DNA of 64,000 nt from an uncultured Alphaproteobacteria bacterium (GCA_944392785.1 CALXXW010000025.1:43264-107263), one strand, 5' to 3'; positions 8,487-20,036 are shown, counted from the first letter of the stretch. Notes: generated by a model not told the origin, from the sequence alone. Translations and numbers: made by a program.

Positions 8487-9332
8487 CTAAGCAGATGCGG
8501 CAGGTGTATCGGCAACATCCATTTTCACGACACCTTTCGGATCGATTAAGCAAGCTCCCTGACTCATCATATTGCTGACGAAGTGAGCGGCATAATCACC
8601 GTGCCAAGTGATATCCGTCTTAATGTCTTGCCCCGAGGCGTGTCCAACAGCCGAACGATGGTAGATAAAACAGGTATGTGAAGAGCTGGATGACGGTAAT
8701 CCGGTATGCATGATCCAGACAATCCCCATCCATTTCCGGCTTTCGGAGCCCGTTAGCATCGGATAGGCTTCCCCTACATAGTTGGCAGAAGAAAATTCCT
8801 CAATGGACAGCAGTTGATTCCACTGGGCCGGTCCGACCAAAGCATAACGCTCTCCATCATCAGGTACGTCGTTATTATTTAATAAGGTGAAAGCCTCTAA
8901 AATGCGCTCTTTTGTTAATCCTTCGGATGAGGTCCCGACGATTTGTGTGGCCTTATTCAACGCGTTGATGATCAACTCGTCCGTTTTGCGGCCCAAAGCA
9001 TAAGCACCAGCGGTTGCCAAAGCCGTCCGTTCATCATGCCCTGTTTTCAATTCATCCAATGAATCGATCCATTCTCCGGCATAATAGTCGGTCAACGTGC
9101 ATTCAACCGGTTCGTGTGTGACGTTGGAAGGTGTAATTTGTGCATTACGTGTCTTCGTCGTCGCGGCCATTTTCCCAATGACTTGGAATGTTGTCGAGGC
9201 GCCGCGGATATTGTTTTTAGAGCGGACTGTATTTTTCAGCTTCGATCCTTGTTGTTGATAGGCTGTATGGATATCTGCTTCAAAATGTTTAATAAAAGAT
9301 ATATCAATAGCCGTACTTGTTGTTTCAGACAT
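8487..9332 (-). CDS. Major capsid protein (HK97-fold candidate)
   Basis: 281-aa ORF directly after the scaffold gene, with a good RBS. The N-terminal pattern (FIKHFEADIHTAYQQQGSKLKNTV...TFQVIG) is typical of small podoviral coat proteins. The assignment is mainly positional. Confidence 0.7.
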   Translation of the reverse strand: MSETTSTAIDISFIKHFEADIHTAYQQQGSKLKNTVRSKNNIRGASTTFQVIGKMAATTKTRNAQITPSNVTHEPVECTLTDYYAGEWIDSLDELKTGHDERTALATAGAYALGRKTDELIINALNKATQIVGTSSEGLTKERILEAFTLLNNNDVPDDGERYALVGPAQWNQLLSIEEFSSANYVGEAYPMLTGSESRKWMGIVWIMHTGLPSSSSSHTCFIYHRSAVGHASGQDIKTDITWHGDYAAHFVSNMMSQGACLIDPKGVVKMDVADTPAASA

Positions 9333-9394
9333 AATTTTTATCCTTTCTGAGTTTCAATAAAATTGTTAAAATCACGTGGTGTGGTTATAGGTCC

Positions 9395-10195
9395 TCACCT
9401 GCCACTGCCAGCGTTTGAGCCGTAAAGGCGTTTAAAACCTTCCTCGACACGTTGAACCAGCTTGGGATCATGTTGACGCCAATACTTGGGATCTTGCATC
9501 AATCGACGAAGGGTTTCTTCTGTGTCGGCCCGTGGAGCGGGTTCTCGTTCGGACAGAAGAGGTGTTTCATTTCTCTCTTGCATCATCTGGTATAAGGCTA
9601 AAATACCATCTTTTGAGGAGGCAAGAATATCAAAAATTTCCGGGTTCAAATGTTTTTCCGCCCATGCGGATATTTGTCGTCCGATTTGATTAAATTGTTC
9701 GGGACCGCCGAATTCTTGTTCCAGAGCGGCCAGCTCTTTTTCCGTACGCACATCCGCTGATAGACTTTTTAAAACAGGAATAACTTTTTCGACAGCCAAA
9801 TCATAGACAGCTTGGGCTTGTTCATTCGTGAAACCAAGGTCGAAAAGCATTTTTTCCATTTCTGAATCGCGCTTCAATAATTCACTTTTGAGGGTGATAT
9901 GATAGTCTTCCGGTCTTTCCGGACGAACTCCAAACGACTGTGAACAGCGTTCGCTGAAACGACGTTCCAGAGCTAAATATGATTTGATCAATTCCTCTAG
10001 CTTGACTTCGCCTGTTTCGGGATTGATGAATTTAGCGGGTATGCGTAAAGATGTCGTAGACGAAGATGGTATTACGTCTGCTTCTGTCACTTGATTGTCT
10101 TGAAAGACACACGCTTCCGTCATGTTGGGTAGGTCTTTGGAATTCAAGTATTCAGGCTTGTTTTTTTTAATTGTTCGTTCTGTTTTTTTAGTCAT
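9395..10195 (-). CDS. Capsid scaffolding protein candidate
   Basis: Acidic, helix-rich 266-aa protein between the portal and capsid genes, as in T7 gp9. Confidence 0.55.
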   Translation of the reverse strand: MTKKTERTIKKNKPEYLNSKDLPNMTEACVFQDNQVTEADVIPSSSTTSLRIPAKFINPETGEVKLEELIKSYLALERRFSERCSQSFGVRPERPEDYHITLKSELLKRDSEMEKMLFDLGFTNEQAQAVYDLAVEKVIPVLKSLSADVRTEKELAALEQEFGGPEQFNQIGRQISAWAEKHLNPEIFDILASSKDGILALYQMMQERNETPLLSEREPAPRADTEETLRRLMQDPKYWRQHDPKLVQRVEEGFKRLYGSNAGSGR

Positions 10196-10385
10196 GTTCT
10201 TTTCCTTGTTTAATCAAGTTAATAATATGGGCGACCAACGCCCGTTGTCCCTCCAAAAAACGCAAAGCGGCATCACTTGTTTCCGGAGCAAGTGTGCGCT
10301 CCCATGTCAGATGTTTCAGGTGTTGAAGCACAACTTGCCCTTCGCGGGAGGAAAAAGTACGTGTAAAACTGGATGCAATGCTCAT
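10188..10385 (-). CDS. Small hypothetical phage protein
   Basis: 65-aa ORF translationally coupled to both the portal stop and the scaffold start (overlaps at both ends). Confidence 0.5.
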   Translation of the reverse strand: MSIASSFTRTFSSREGQVVLQHLKHLTWERTLAPETSDAALRFLEGQRALVAHIINLIKQGKEHD

Positions 10386-11896
10386 GCGATACCCCCACTC
10401 AAAAGAGGAACCTTAGGCGCTGGATTCAAGGTTTCATCGCCTTGAGTCACTTGTCTCAGAACGGCCAAGGGAATGTTAAGGCGTTCACCAAACCATTTCA
10501 CAAATGCCGCCACGTCTACTTGTTTTAATCCTTCATCACCCAGTCGTGTAATGGTGTTGAGCCATACCATGGCATTGTTCGCATCAATTTGTCCTTGTTT
10601 ATCGGAGCGAGGTGATTGATAGGTAATTTTCATTAATCGACCGTCAATAAAGACATCAGGAATCTCGCCGCGTTTACGAAGAATGGATGTTGCTCGATCG
10701 ATTAAAGGGACTAAAAGTTCGCTTTGTAAACGACCATAGGTTGCTCCTAAAATTCGCATCATTTCATCTGAACGCTCTAACACTTCCGTTGCGGTCATGG
10801 CCGGTGTGTCGGTTTGTCCAAGAGTATCGCCTAACAAGGCATGCCGGATTCGACTTCTTAAATCCTCTATCATTAATTGCGAGACGTCAAATTTCCCGGG
10901 AGCCTCTAGGGCCGTCAGTCCTTTCGAACCGACCGCCTTGGGAATGATAGCTCCGGGGGTCAGCTGGATGTTAGCCGGATTTAAGACGCCATCGTCTTCA
11001 GCTAACCAAATTCCCGTCACGGCAATAGAGGCATTTTTTAAAATCAACTCGACAACTTTGTTTGCGGTTTTAATGTCGGGCAATGCCTTCATGACGGGAG
11101 AACGTCCATAGACCTCTCCCGGAGCTTTTAGCCAGCGGAAAGAAATAAACGGCGATGTGTCGAAAATAGCTTCTTTTAAGACACAATTAAAACCGTTTAG
11201 GGAATCATACTGGCTGTCGGGTTCGATAAATACCGTATAACGATAACCTCCTTTAAGAAGAGGAATCACGGCTTCGATAACCGAAATAGGCTTTTTGTCT
11301 TTATCGTGTTCGTCGACGAATTTTTGAGGAAAATCAATTTCCGGAAAGCGTCCTTTCAACGCATCCAGTGTCATCAAAGAATGTCGAAAGGTTTTATCCA
11401 AACGTCCGCTGTGTCCTTCTGCCAAACAAATTTCCGACAACGGGATGGCTGTAAAGCGAAAAGCTGAGGCGCTTCCGAAAGGGGCCTCTTCAAATAACAA
11501 ACAGGCCGTTCCCGTCGTGATAAGATCCAAATAGCATTGATGGACCTCTAGCCCAAAGTTTGAACGGTCAAAATGATTGTGTAATGTGGTTGAAATACGC
11601 TCCAGAATAGGGCCGGCCTCCACACGCTCGTCTTCGGACAAGTCTGTTCCGGCCGTTAGTTGAAACCAGCGCAACCACGGCGGCGTCATGTCAGATAAAA
11701 TTTGTGCCGCCAGTTGATCAACAGCATCCGGTGCCGTCCCATCAAACAAAAGATTTACTTTGTTCGTTGTTGTTTTAAACGTGCTTTCGCGTTGAGGAAA
11801 GGCAAACTCATAACACTCTTGCCACACGCTTTCCCATTGAGCGCGATGAGCCAATGCCTTTTTATATTGATGATATAGATCTTGAATATCGGTCAT
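10382..11896 (-). CDS. Podovirus-type portal (head-to-tail connector, T7 gp8-like)
   Basis: 504 aa. The N-terminus (YKKALAHRAQWESVWQECYEFAFPQRE) parallels T7 gp8 (YERLKNDRAPYETRAQNCAQYTIPSLFP). GGAG RBS. It is the first gene of the structural block. Confidence 0.8.
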   Translation of the reverse strand: MTDIQDLYHQYKKALAHRAQWESVWQECYEFAFPQRESTFKTTTNKVNLLFDGTAPDAVDQLAAQILSDMTPPWLRWFQLTAGTDLSEDERVEAGPILERISTTLHNHFDRSNFGLEVHQCYLDLITTGTACLLFEEAPFGSASAFRFTAIPLSEICLAEGHSGRLDKTFRHSLMTLDALKGRFPEIDFPQKFVDEHDKDKKPISVIEAVIPLLKGGYRYTVFIEPDSQYDSLNGFNCVLKEAIFDTSPFISFRWLKAPGEVYGRSPVMKALPDIKTANKVVELILKNASIAVTGIWLAEDDGVLNPANIQLTPGAIIPKAVGSKGLTALEAPGKFDVSQLMIEDLRSRIRHALLGDTLGQTDTPAMTATEVLERSDEMMRILGATYGRLQSELLVPLIDRATSILRKRGEIPDVFIDGRLMKITYQSPRSDKQGQIDANNAMVWLNTITRLGDEGLKQVDVAAFVKWFGERLNIPLAVLRQVTQGDETLNPAPKVPLLSGGIA

Positions 11897-11911
11897 AAAA
11901 ACTCCTTGGTC

Positions 11912-11940
11912 AAAAGAAAAACCCGCCTGCTTTAGACGGG
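11912..11940 (-). terminator. Rho-independent terminator directly upstream of the portal RBS
   Basis: The minus strand reads CCCGTC-taaagca-GGCGGG followed by TTTTTCTTTT. It ends about 15 nt before the portal ATG. Confidence 0.6.
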
Positions 11941-11975
11941 TCTGTTTTGTCAGCTAAAATACAACTATTACGATT

Positions 11976-12005
11976 AAACGGTCTTGATTGATATCAAGAC
12001 CGTTT
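11976..12005 (-). terminator. Perfect 13-bp hairpin after the 144-aa gene
   Basis: AAACGGTCTTGAT-tgat-ATCAAGACCGTTT. It lies 33 nt downstream of the stop at 12038. The flanking T-run is weak. Confidence 0.45.
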
Positions 12006-12037
12006 TGATTTAATCGATTTAGATATACGTTTCCCTG

Positions 12038-12472
12038 CTAACTGAAAGTCACTTTATCATACTTTTTTTCTGTTGTCAAGGAAAATTTTCCTTTTTTTAA
12101 TTTTAAATAACAAAAAAGTTGATATGGCGTGAACAGAAAAGGGGCTTCTATACCTAGAAAACGCTTGACTGTTTCAACGCAGGTATAGGGGCGCAGTCGT
12201 GCCGGCGTCAGTTTGGGAATAGAGGGCGTCGCGCGTAAAAGTTTATATCCTTTGTCTCGAAAAAAAGCCCGAATCGTGATATGCTTTAACAAAATAAGGT
12301 CTGTATAGTGTCTGAGCGGATCAATGACAATCCATTCGTGACCGTTGCCCAAGATAAGCAAGCAATGATAAAAGCCTTTTTTTAAAAAGTGCATCCACCA
12401 TAGTGTGGGTTGCCCGCCAAAAGCAACGAATGCAAAAGGATAACGATATCCAACGGCAAGTGATGTTTTCAT
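12038..12472 (-). CDS. Hypothetical protein with His...Cys signature (possible permuted papain-like fold)
   Basis: 144-aa ORF with an AGGGAGA RBS. It contains GNGHEWIVIDP and a later YTCVETVKRFLGI. No confident family assignment. Confidence 0.55.
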   Translation of the reverse strand: MKTSLAVGYRYPFAFVAFGGQPTLWWMHFLKKGFYHCLLILGNGHEWIVIDPLRHYTDLILLKHITIRAFFRDKGYKLLRATPSIPKLTPARLRPYTCVETVKRFLGIEAPFLFTPYQLFCYLKLKKGKFSLTTEKKYDKVTFS

Positions 12473-12495
12473 AAATTCTCCCTTCTTTTTAGGAA

Positions 12496-12864
12496 TCAGG
12501 CATTTGCGCCGGGGGAAACAATCCCCTTTTGGGATAAAATTTTATCCAGAAAATGTAGGGCTTCTTGCCATAGTCGACAGATTCGCGGTGTGTCTCCGAA
12601 ATGGGGGTGGGGCGGGACTTGCTCAAAACCATAATGAGATAGGATTTTGATGTGCTCCGGTTTTAAAAGCCCTTCAGTAGCCAGCCGCTTGACAGCAATA
12701 AAGATGTCGGATGATTCACAAGGGCGAATCGTTTTCGGGGTATACCCTTTTGTTCGTTGTTTGGCATTTTTTTCGCATAAACAATACCAAAACCAAGCTT
12801 CCTCAGAGGTTTCAAAAGGTGTTGCTTTTTGATTGTTTATGTGTGAGCGGTAAATATTCCTCAT
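12496..12864 (-). CDS. Hypothetical early/regulatory protein of the phage-like cluster
   Basis: Start trimmed to MRNIYRSH, which follows an AAAGGAGA RBS. It is the first gene transcribed from the SOS-box promoter. Cys/His-rich. Family not recognised. Confidence 0.55.
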   Translation of the reverse strand: MRNIYRSHINNQKATPFETSEEAWFWYCLCEKNAKQRTKGYTPKTIRPCESSDIFIAVKRLATEGLLKPEHIKILSHYGFEQVPPHPHFGDTPRICRLWQEALHFLDKILSQKGIVSPGANA

Positions 12865-12891
12865 AGTATCTCCTTTCGTCTGTAAAAAATG

Positions 12892-12906
12892 GAACAAAAT
12901 AGGAAC
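12892..12906. promoter_or_regulatory. LexA (SOS) box, alphaproteobacterial type
   Basis: Exact GAAC-aaaatag-GAAC direct repeat, 28-42 nt upstream of the 12864 start. It overlaps the -10 region that lies downstream of a TTGACT -35 on the minus strand. Confidence 0.6.
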
Positions 12907-12957
12907 TATCACTAAAAAAATAGGAAGTCAAGTATAAAATAAGAAAAAAATCCTATT
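12896..12957. promoter_or_regulatory. Three copies of AATAGGA (two direct, one inverted): candidate repressor operators
   Basis: AAAATAGGAA occurs at 12896-12905 and 12917-12926. An inverted TCCTATT at 12951-12957 overlaps the -35 of the repressor promoter. Confidence 0.3.
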
Positions 12958-12984
12958 GACATGTGTAGAATGATATGTTATAAG
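12956..12984 (+). promoter_or_regulatory. Sigma70-type promoter for the CI-like repressor
   Basis: TTGACA (12956-12961), a 17-nt spacer, then TATAAG (12979-12984). Confidence 0.5.
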
Positions 12985-13027
12985 GGAGTGCAACTAAAAA
13001 GAGTATTTTAAAAAAGGAGAGGGCTAC

Positions 13028-13696
13028 ATGAATGCAGATCGTCAACAGTCAGGAGAGGGAATGCAACTGACTTACGAAGAAATTTGGGTCGGAATCGAAA
13101 ATTTGGCTTCCCGTGAGGGACTCTCTCTATCCGCTCTGGCGACAAAGGCGGGATTGGATCCGACAAGTTTCAATAAATCTAAAAGGTTGGGAGCAGATGG
13201 TCGTAAACGTTGGCCTTCAACCGAAAGCATGAACAAGGTCCTGCAAGCGACAAATACCACTATTTTTGAATTTATGGAGCTGGCGGGTCAACCCTATTGT
13301 CCTAAGGCCAAGACCATACCCTTGCTGGGGTTAGCCAAGGCGGGACGAGAGGGGTATTTTGATTCTTCGGGATCGCCATTGGGATTGGACTCTTGGGATG
13401 GTATTGATTTTCCGCTTCAGTTGAAGGAAAGGGTCTATGCCTTAGAGGTATCTGGTAATAGTATGGAGCCGGCTTATCGGGATGGAGATAAATTGATTGT
13501 TTCACCGGATGCCGAGATTCGTAAGGGGGATCGGGTTGTCGCCAAACTGTCGACGGGCGAGGTGATGGTGAAAGAGTTATTGCGTCAATCGGCCCGACAA
13601 ATAGAGCTCAGGTCTTTAAATCCTTTGCACGAAGATATTGTGATGAATGCCGCGGATGTTTTATGGATGGCGCGCGTTATTTGGGTGAGTCAATAG
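13028..13696 (+). CDS. CI/LexA-like repressor (HTH + S24 autopeptidase)
   Basis: N-terminal HTH (LSLSALATKAGLDPTSFNKSKR), Ala-Gly candidate cleavage site (LAKAGREG), and catalytic Ser (SGNSMEP) and Lys (VVAKL). It is divergent from the phage-like cluster. Confidence 0.85.
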   Translation: MNADRQQSGEGMQLTYEEIWVGIENLASREGLSLSALATKAGLDPTSFNKSKRLGADGRKRWPSTESMNKVLQATNTTIFEFMELAGQPYCPKAKTIPLLGLAKAGREGYFDSSGSPLGLDSWDGIDFPLQLKERVYALEVSGNSMEPAYRDGDKLIVSPDAEIRKGDRVVAKLSTGEVMVKELLRQSARQIELRSLNPLHEDIVMNAADVLWMARVIWVSQ

Positions 13697-13773
13697 TCGA
13701 TTTATCCTTGTGGTTGTCTTGAAAACCGTCAGGTTCCGTTTTATGTATAAAGAAAAAAAGGAAAGGCGGTGGA

Positions 13774-14268
13774 ATGCAAAAGAACGAACGTTTTTTATAT
13801 GTTGTCAGGCATGGAGCCGTTGAAAAATCGGCACCTATTCTGAGTGATTTTAATCGTGGGTTGAGTCCGTTAGGGGTGCGTCAAACCCTGAGATTGGTCG
13901 AAAAATTAAGAAATTCTCTATTGCCCTGTCCGGATTTAGTCGTTGCCTCTTCAGCTTTGCGCACACGTCAAACCGCGACACTTTTAGAGCCTTTTTTATC
14001 TGAACCGAAAGAGGCTTTATTTTTAGATGCGCTATATTTAGCGCCGCCTCATCGTATTTTTGGTGTCTTGGATATGCTGGACTCTATTTATCAGACGGTT
14101 TTGTTAATTGGTCATCATCCGGGGCTGACTCGTTTTTTGGATGAGGCAACAAAGACAAAACACTCACCTTCCATAGAGGAGGGCGGTTGTGTCGTGTTAA
14201 AAGCACCTTTGACGCAATCATGGGCTGAAATCAGTTTAGAGGATTTTAAAATCGAAGATATTTTATAA
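13774..14268 (+). CDS. sixA: SixA-like phosphohistidine phosphatase
   Basis: Histidine phosphatase RHG motif (YVVRHGAV), SSALRTRQTA, and GHHPGL. Confidence 0.75.
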   Translation: MQKNERFLYVVRHGAVEKSAPILSDFNRGLSPLGVRQTLRLVEKLRNSLLPCPDLVVASSALRTRQTATLLEPFLSEPKEALFLDALYLAPPHRIFGVLDMLDSIYQTVLLIGHHPGLTRFLDEATKTKHSPSIEEGGCVVLKAPLTQSWAEISLEDFKIEDIL

Positions 14269-14340
14269 CAAAGACTTGCAAAGAGGGGTGTTCTTGTGCT
14301 ACACACTATCCTGCTAAGATGAGGAGCAAGGTCTACGCCC

Positions 14341-16157
14341 ATGAAGGTAAAAACAGGAACAAAACGAAAAAAACACTTTGTTGTGACGGTTGAAACGGCT
14401 CAGGCATTGACCGACGCACAAAAGGCTCGATTGACTCGGCAGCTTGCCGATGTTTTGGAAGTTGAACAGGTTCGTCTGAAAGAGTTGTTGAACCCTGATT
14501 TGTTGGGAGGCGTGCGCCTACATCTGGATGCTTTGGTCGTAGATGCCTCTGTTCGTGGTCGCTTGGAGCAATTTAAAACAGAGATGGAGGCATATGTTTC
14601 TCCATCCATGGATGTTCCCAAGTTGACGCATTTGTTTTTGGATAAAATTAAGGCGTTTGAGGGTAAACCGTTTATGACCGAAATCGGAACGGTTCTTTCT
14701 GTTTCCGACGGGGTTGCTAAGGTTTCCGGTCTGCCTTCTGTGATGGCCGGAGAGCGTGTTCGGTTTAGCGGAGGTCAACAGGGAATGGCTCTGAACTTAT
14801 TGCCGGACAGTGTTGATATTACCTTGTTTGATGAAGCGGATACGATTCGTGAGGGGGATAGTGTTTTTCGGGATAATCATATGAATGAAATACCGGTTGG
14901 CTTGTCTTTGGCCGGCCGCGTTATCAACCCGTTAGGTCAGGTGCTGGATGATAAGGAAAGTCTGCTGCATTTGGCGCGTCGTCCGGTAAATATGCCGGCT
15001 CCCGGGATTATCGATCGTGATAAAGTGCATGTGCCTTTGCAAACGGGTATTTTGGGTATTGATTCTTTATTTCCGATAGGGCGCGGACAGCGAGAATTGA
15101 TTATCGGCGATCGTCAAACGGGTAAAACGACGTTGATTGTTGATATGATTTTAAGCCAGAAAAAACAAAATGATGCGGCTCAAAGTTTTAAGGATAAAGT
15201 TTTTTGTGTTTATGTCGCTATCGGACAGAAGCAATCAACCGTGCGGGATATGGTGCGTGTTTTACGACGTGAAGGAGCCATGGACTATACAACCGTGGTT
15301 GTCGCAACGGCTTCGGATAGTGCCGCCCTTCAGTATTTAGCCCCGTATGCCGGTTGTGCGATTGGTGAATTTTTCCGAGATAATGGTATGCATGCATTGA
15401 TTTTTTATGATGATTTGTCAAAACATGCGGTGGCCTATCGTGAAATGTCTTTATTGCTGAAGCGTCCGGCCGGGCGAGAGGCTTTTCCGGGGGATATTTT
15501 CTATCTACATTCAAAACTGTTGGAGCGAGCGGCTCAATTATCCGAGGCAAAAGGAGGTGGCTCTTTGACAGCCATTCCTGTGGTTGAAACGCAAGAGGGT
15601 GATGTGTCGGCCTATATTCCGACCAACGTTATTTCAATTACCGATGGTCAAATTTTTCTGGACACTTCTTTATTCCATGAGGGAGTTCGTCCTGCCATCA
15701 ATGTAGGTTTATCGGTCAGTCGCGTCGGTTCGGCCGCACAGGTTGCCGCTATGAAACAGGTTTCGGCTTCTTTAAAACTGGATTTGGCGCAATATCGTGA
15801 AATGTTGTCTTTTGCTCAGTTGTCTTCAGATTTAGATTCGTCGACTCAGGCATTGCTTAATCGAGGAGCCCGGTTAACAGAAGTGATGAAACAAACGCCT
15901 TATCATCCTTACACACGAGCGCAAGAGGTTTTGGCGCTGTGGATTGCGCAGAAGGGCTATTTGGATAAAATAGCCATTCAAGATGTTTCCTCTTTCATCA
16001 ATGATGTGGAAAAGGCGGCTCCGTTTTCCATTTCTGATGTGATGCAGGAAATTCAACAAACGGGATGCTTAACTCAGGAAATAGAAGCGCGGCTGCAGGC
16101 TTTTCTGGATGACTATGTGGCTCAATCCTGTAAGGCGGGGAAAAAGGATACGGGCGC

Positions 16158-16161
<4 letters not shown>
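14341..16161 (+). CDS. atpA: F1 ATP synthase alpha subunit with N-terminal fusion of the delta (OSCP) C-terminal domain
   Basis: Residues ~10-85 (VTVETAQALTDAQKARLTRQL...LNPDLLGGVRLHLDALVVDASVRGRLEQF) match the C-terminal domain of AtpH. From ~aa 92 the protein is a canonical alpha (IGTVLSVSDGVAKVSGL, Walker A GDRQTGKTT). Total 606 aa versus the usual ~510. Confidence 0.9.
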
Positions 16162-19106
<2,945 letters not shown>

Positions 19107-19107
<1 letters not shown>

Positions 19108-20018
19108 TGTTTCGTGTCGTACAGTGGGGGCCTTGTATCTTTCTTGTCATTGTCGAGATATATTGGGGTATGTTGTTATGGAAAGCTTTGACATATCCGT
19201 TGGTTTCGGTTGTGATGCCGATTTATAATCGGGAGGATTTTTTGGATAAATCTATTGACAGTGTTTTATCCCAAACGTTTTCTGATTTTGAATTATTGCT
19301 GTTGGATGACGGTTCATCGGATGGGACGTGGCAAAAAATGCAGGCGTATGCTCAAAAGGATAAACGCATTCGGTTGTTAAAAAATCCTGTCAACAGAGGG
19401 ATTTCTTTTTCACGGAATCGGTTGTTGGAACATGCTAAAGGTACTTTTGTGGCCATGATGGATAGTGATGATACAGCCAAACCGAATTGGTTATTAAGAT
19501 CGGTTCATGCTCTTGTGAAGCATACGGATGTTTCGATTGTTTATCCCTCGGCATATGTGTACTGGGATTCAGATCCCGATCGTGTCTCTTTTTTCCGGCG
19601 CTCTCCGGTGATTGATATGTTAAACGATAATGCTTTCAGTAATGTGGGGGTTGTTTTTCGCCGCGATTTTGTCAATCGGCATCATATTCGGTATGATGAA
19701 ACAATTCTGGCGGCGGAAGACTATGATTTTTGGGCTCAGTGCTTGATGAAAGGAGCAAAGGCTTTCCTGATCAATGCTCCTCTTGTTCAGATCCGGAATC
19801 ATCGCACGAATCCGACATATTATTATCACACCATGGCACGTGTTCGAAATGAGGTTGCTCGTCGCTTGAGTCTTCATTTCGGTATATCTCCGGAAAATAT
19901 CAATAAACCGTGTCTTGCAATGCAGGAAGTCGCCGAGCATAATCGGCAGCATCCCTATTTTTCACCTGAGGAAATAGAACAAAAGCTTAAGTCGGTTTGC
20001 AAAGAATCAAAAGAATAA
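19107..20018 (+). CDS. Family 2 glycosyltransferase
   Basis: VSVVMPIYNREDFLDKSIDSVLSQTF...LLLLDDGSSDGT and DSDD motifs. The start shares TAATG with the atpC stop. An internal ATG near 19170 is an alternative start. Confidence 0.8.
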
Positions 20019-20036
20019 AAAAAGATACTTTTTTTC

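Noticed and set aside
12865-12912. N-terminal extension (MIVPILFHFLQTKGDT) of the 12496-12912 ORF
   Set aside because: The extension covers the LexA box and promoter elements. The internal ATG at 12864 has a strong AAAGGAGA RBS.
2709-13696. Search for integrase, att direct repeats, a flanking tRNA or IS elements around the phage-like cluster
   Set aside because: I found none by eye. The left end overlaps a housekeeping gene, and the right end is the repressor followed by sixA. The cluster is therefore not called an intact prophage or mobile element.
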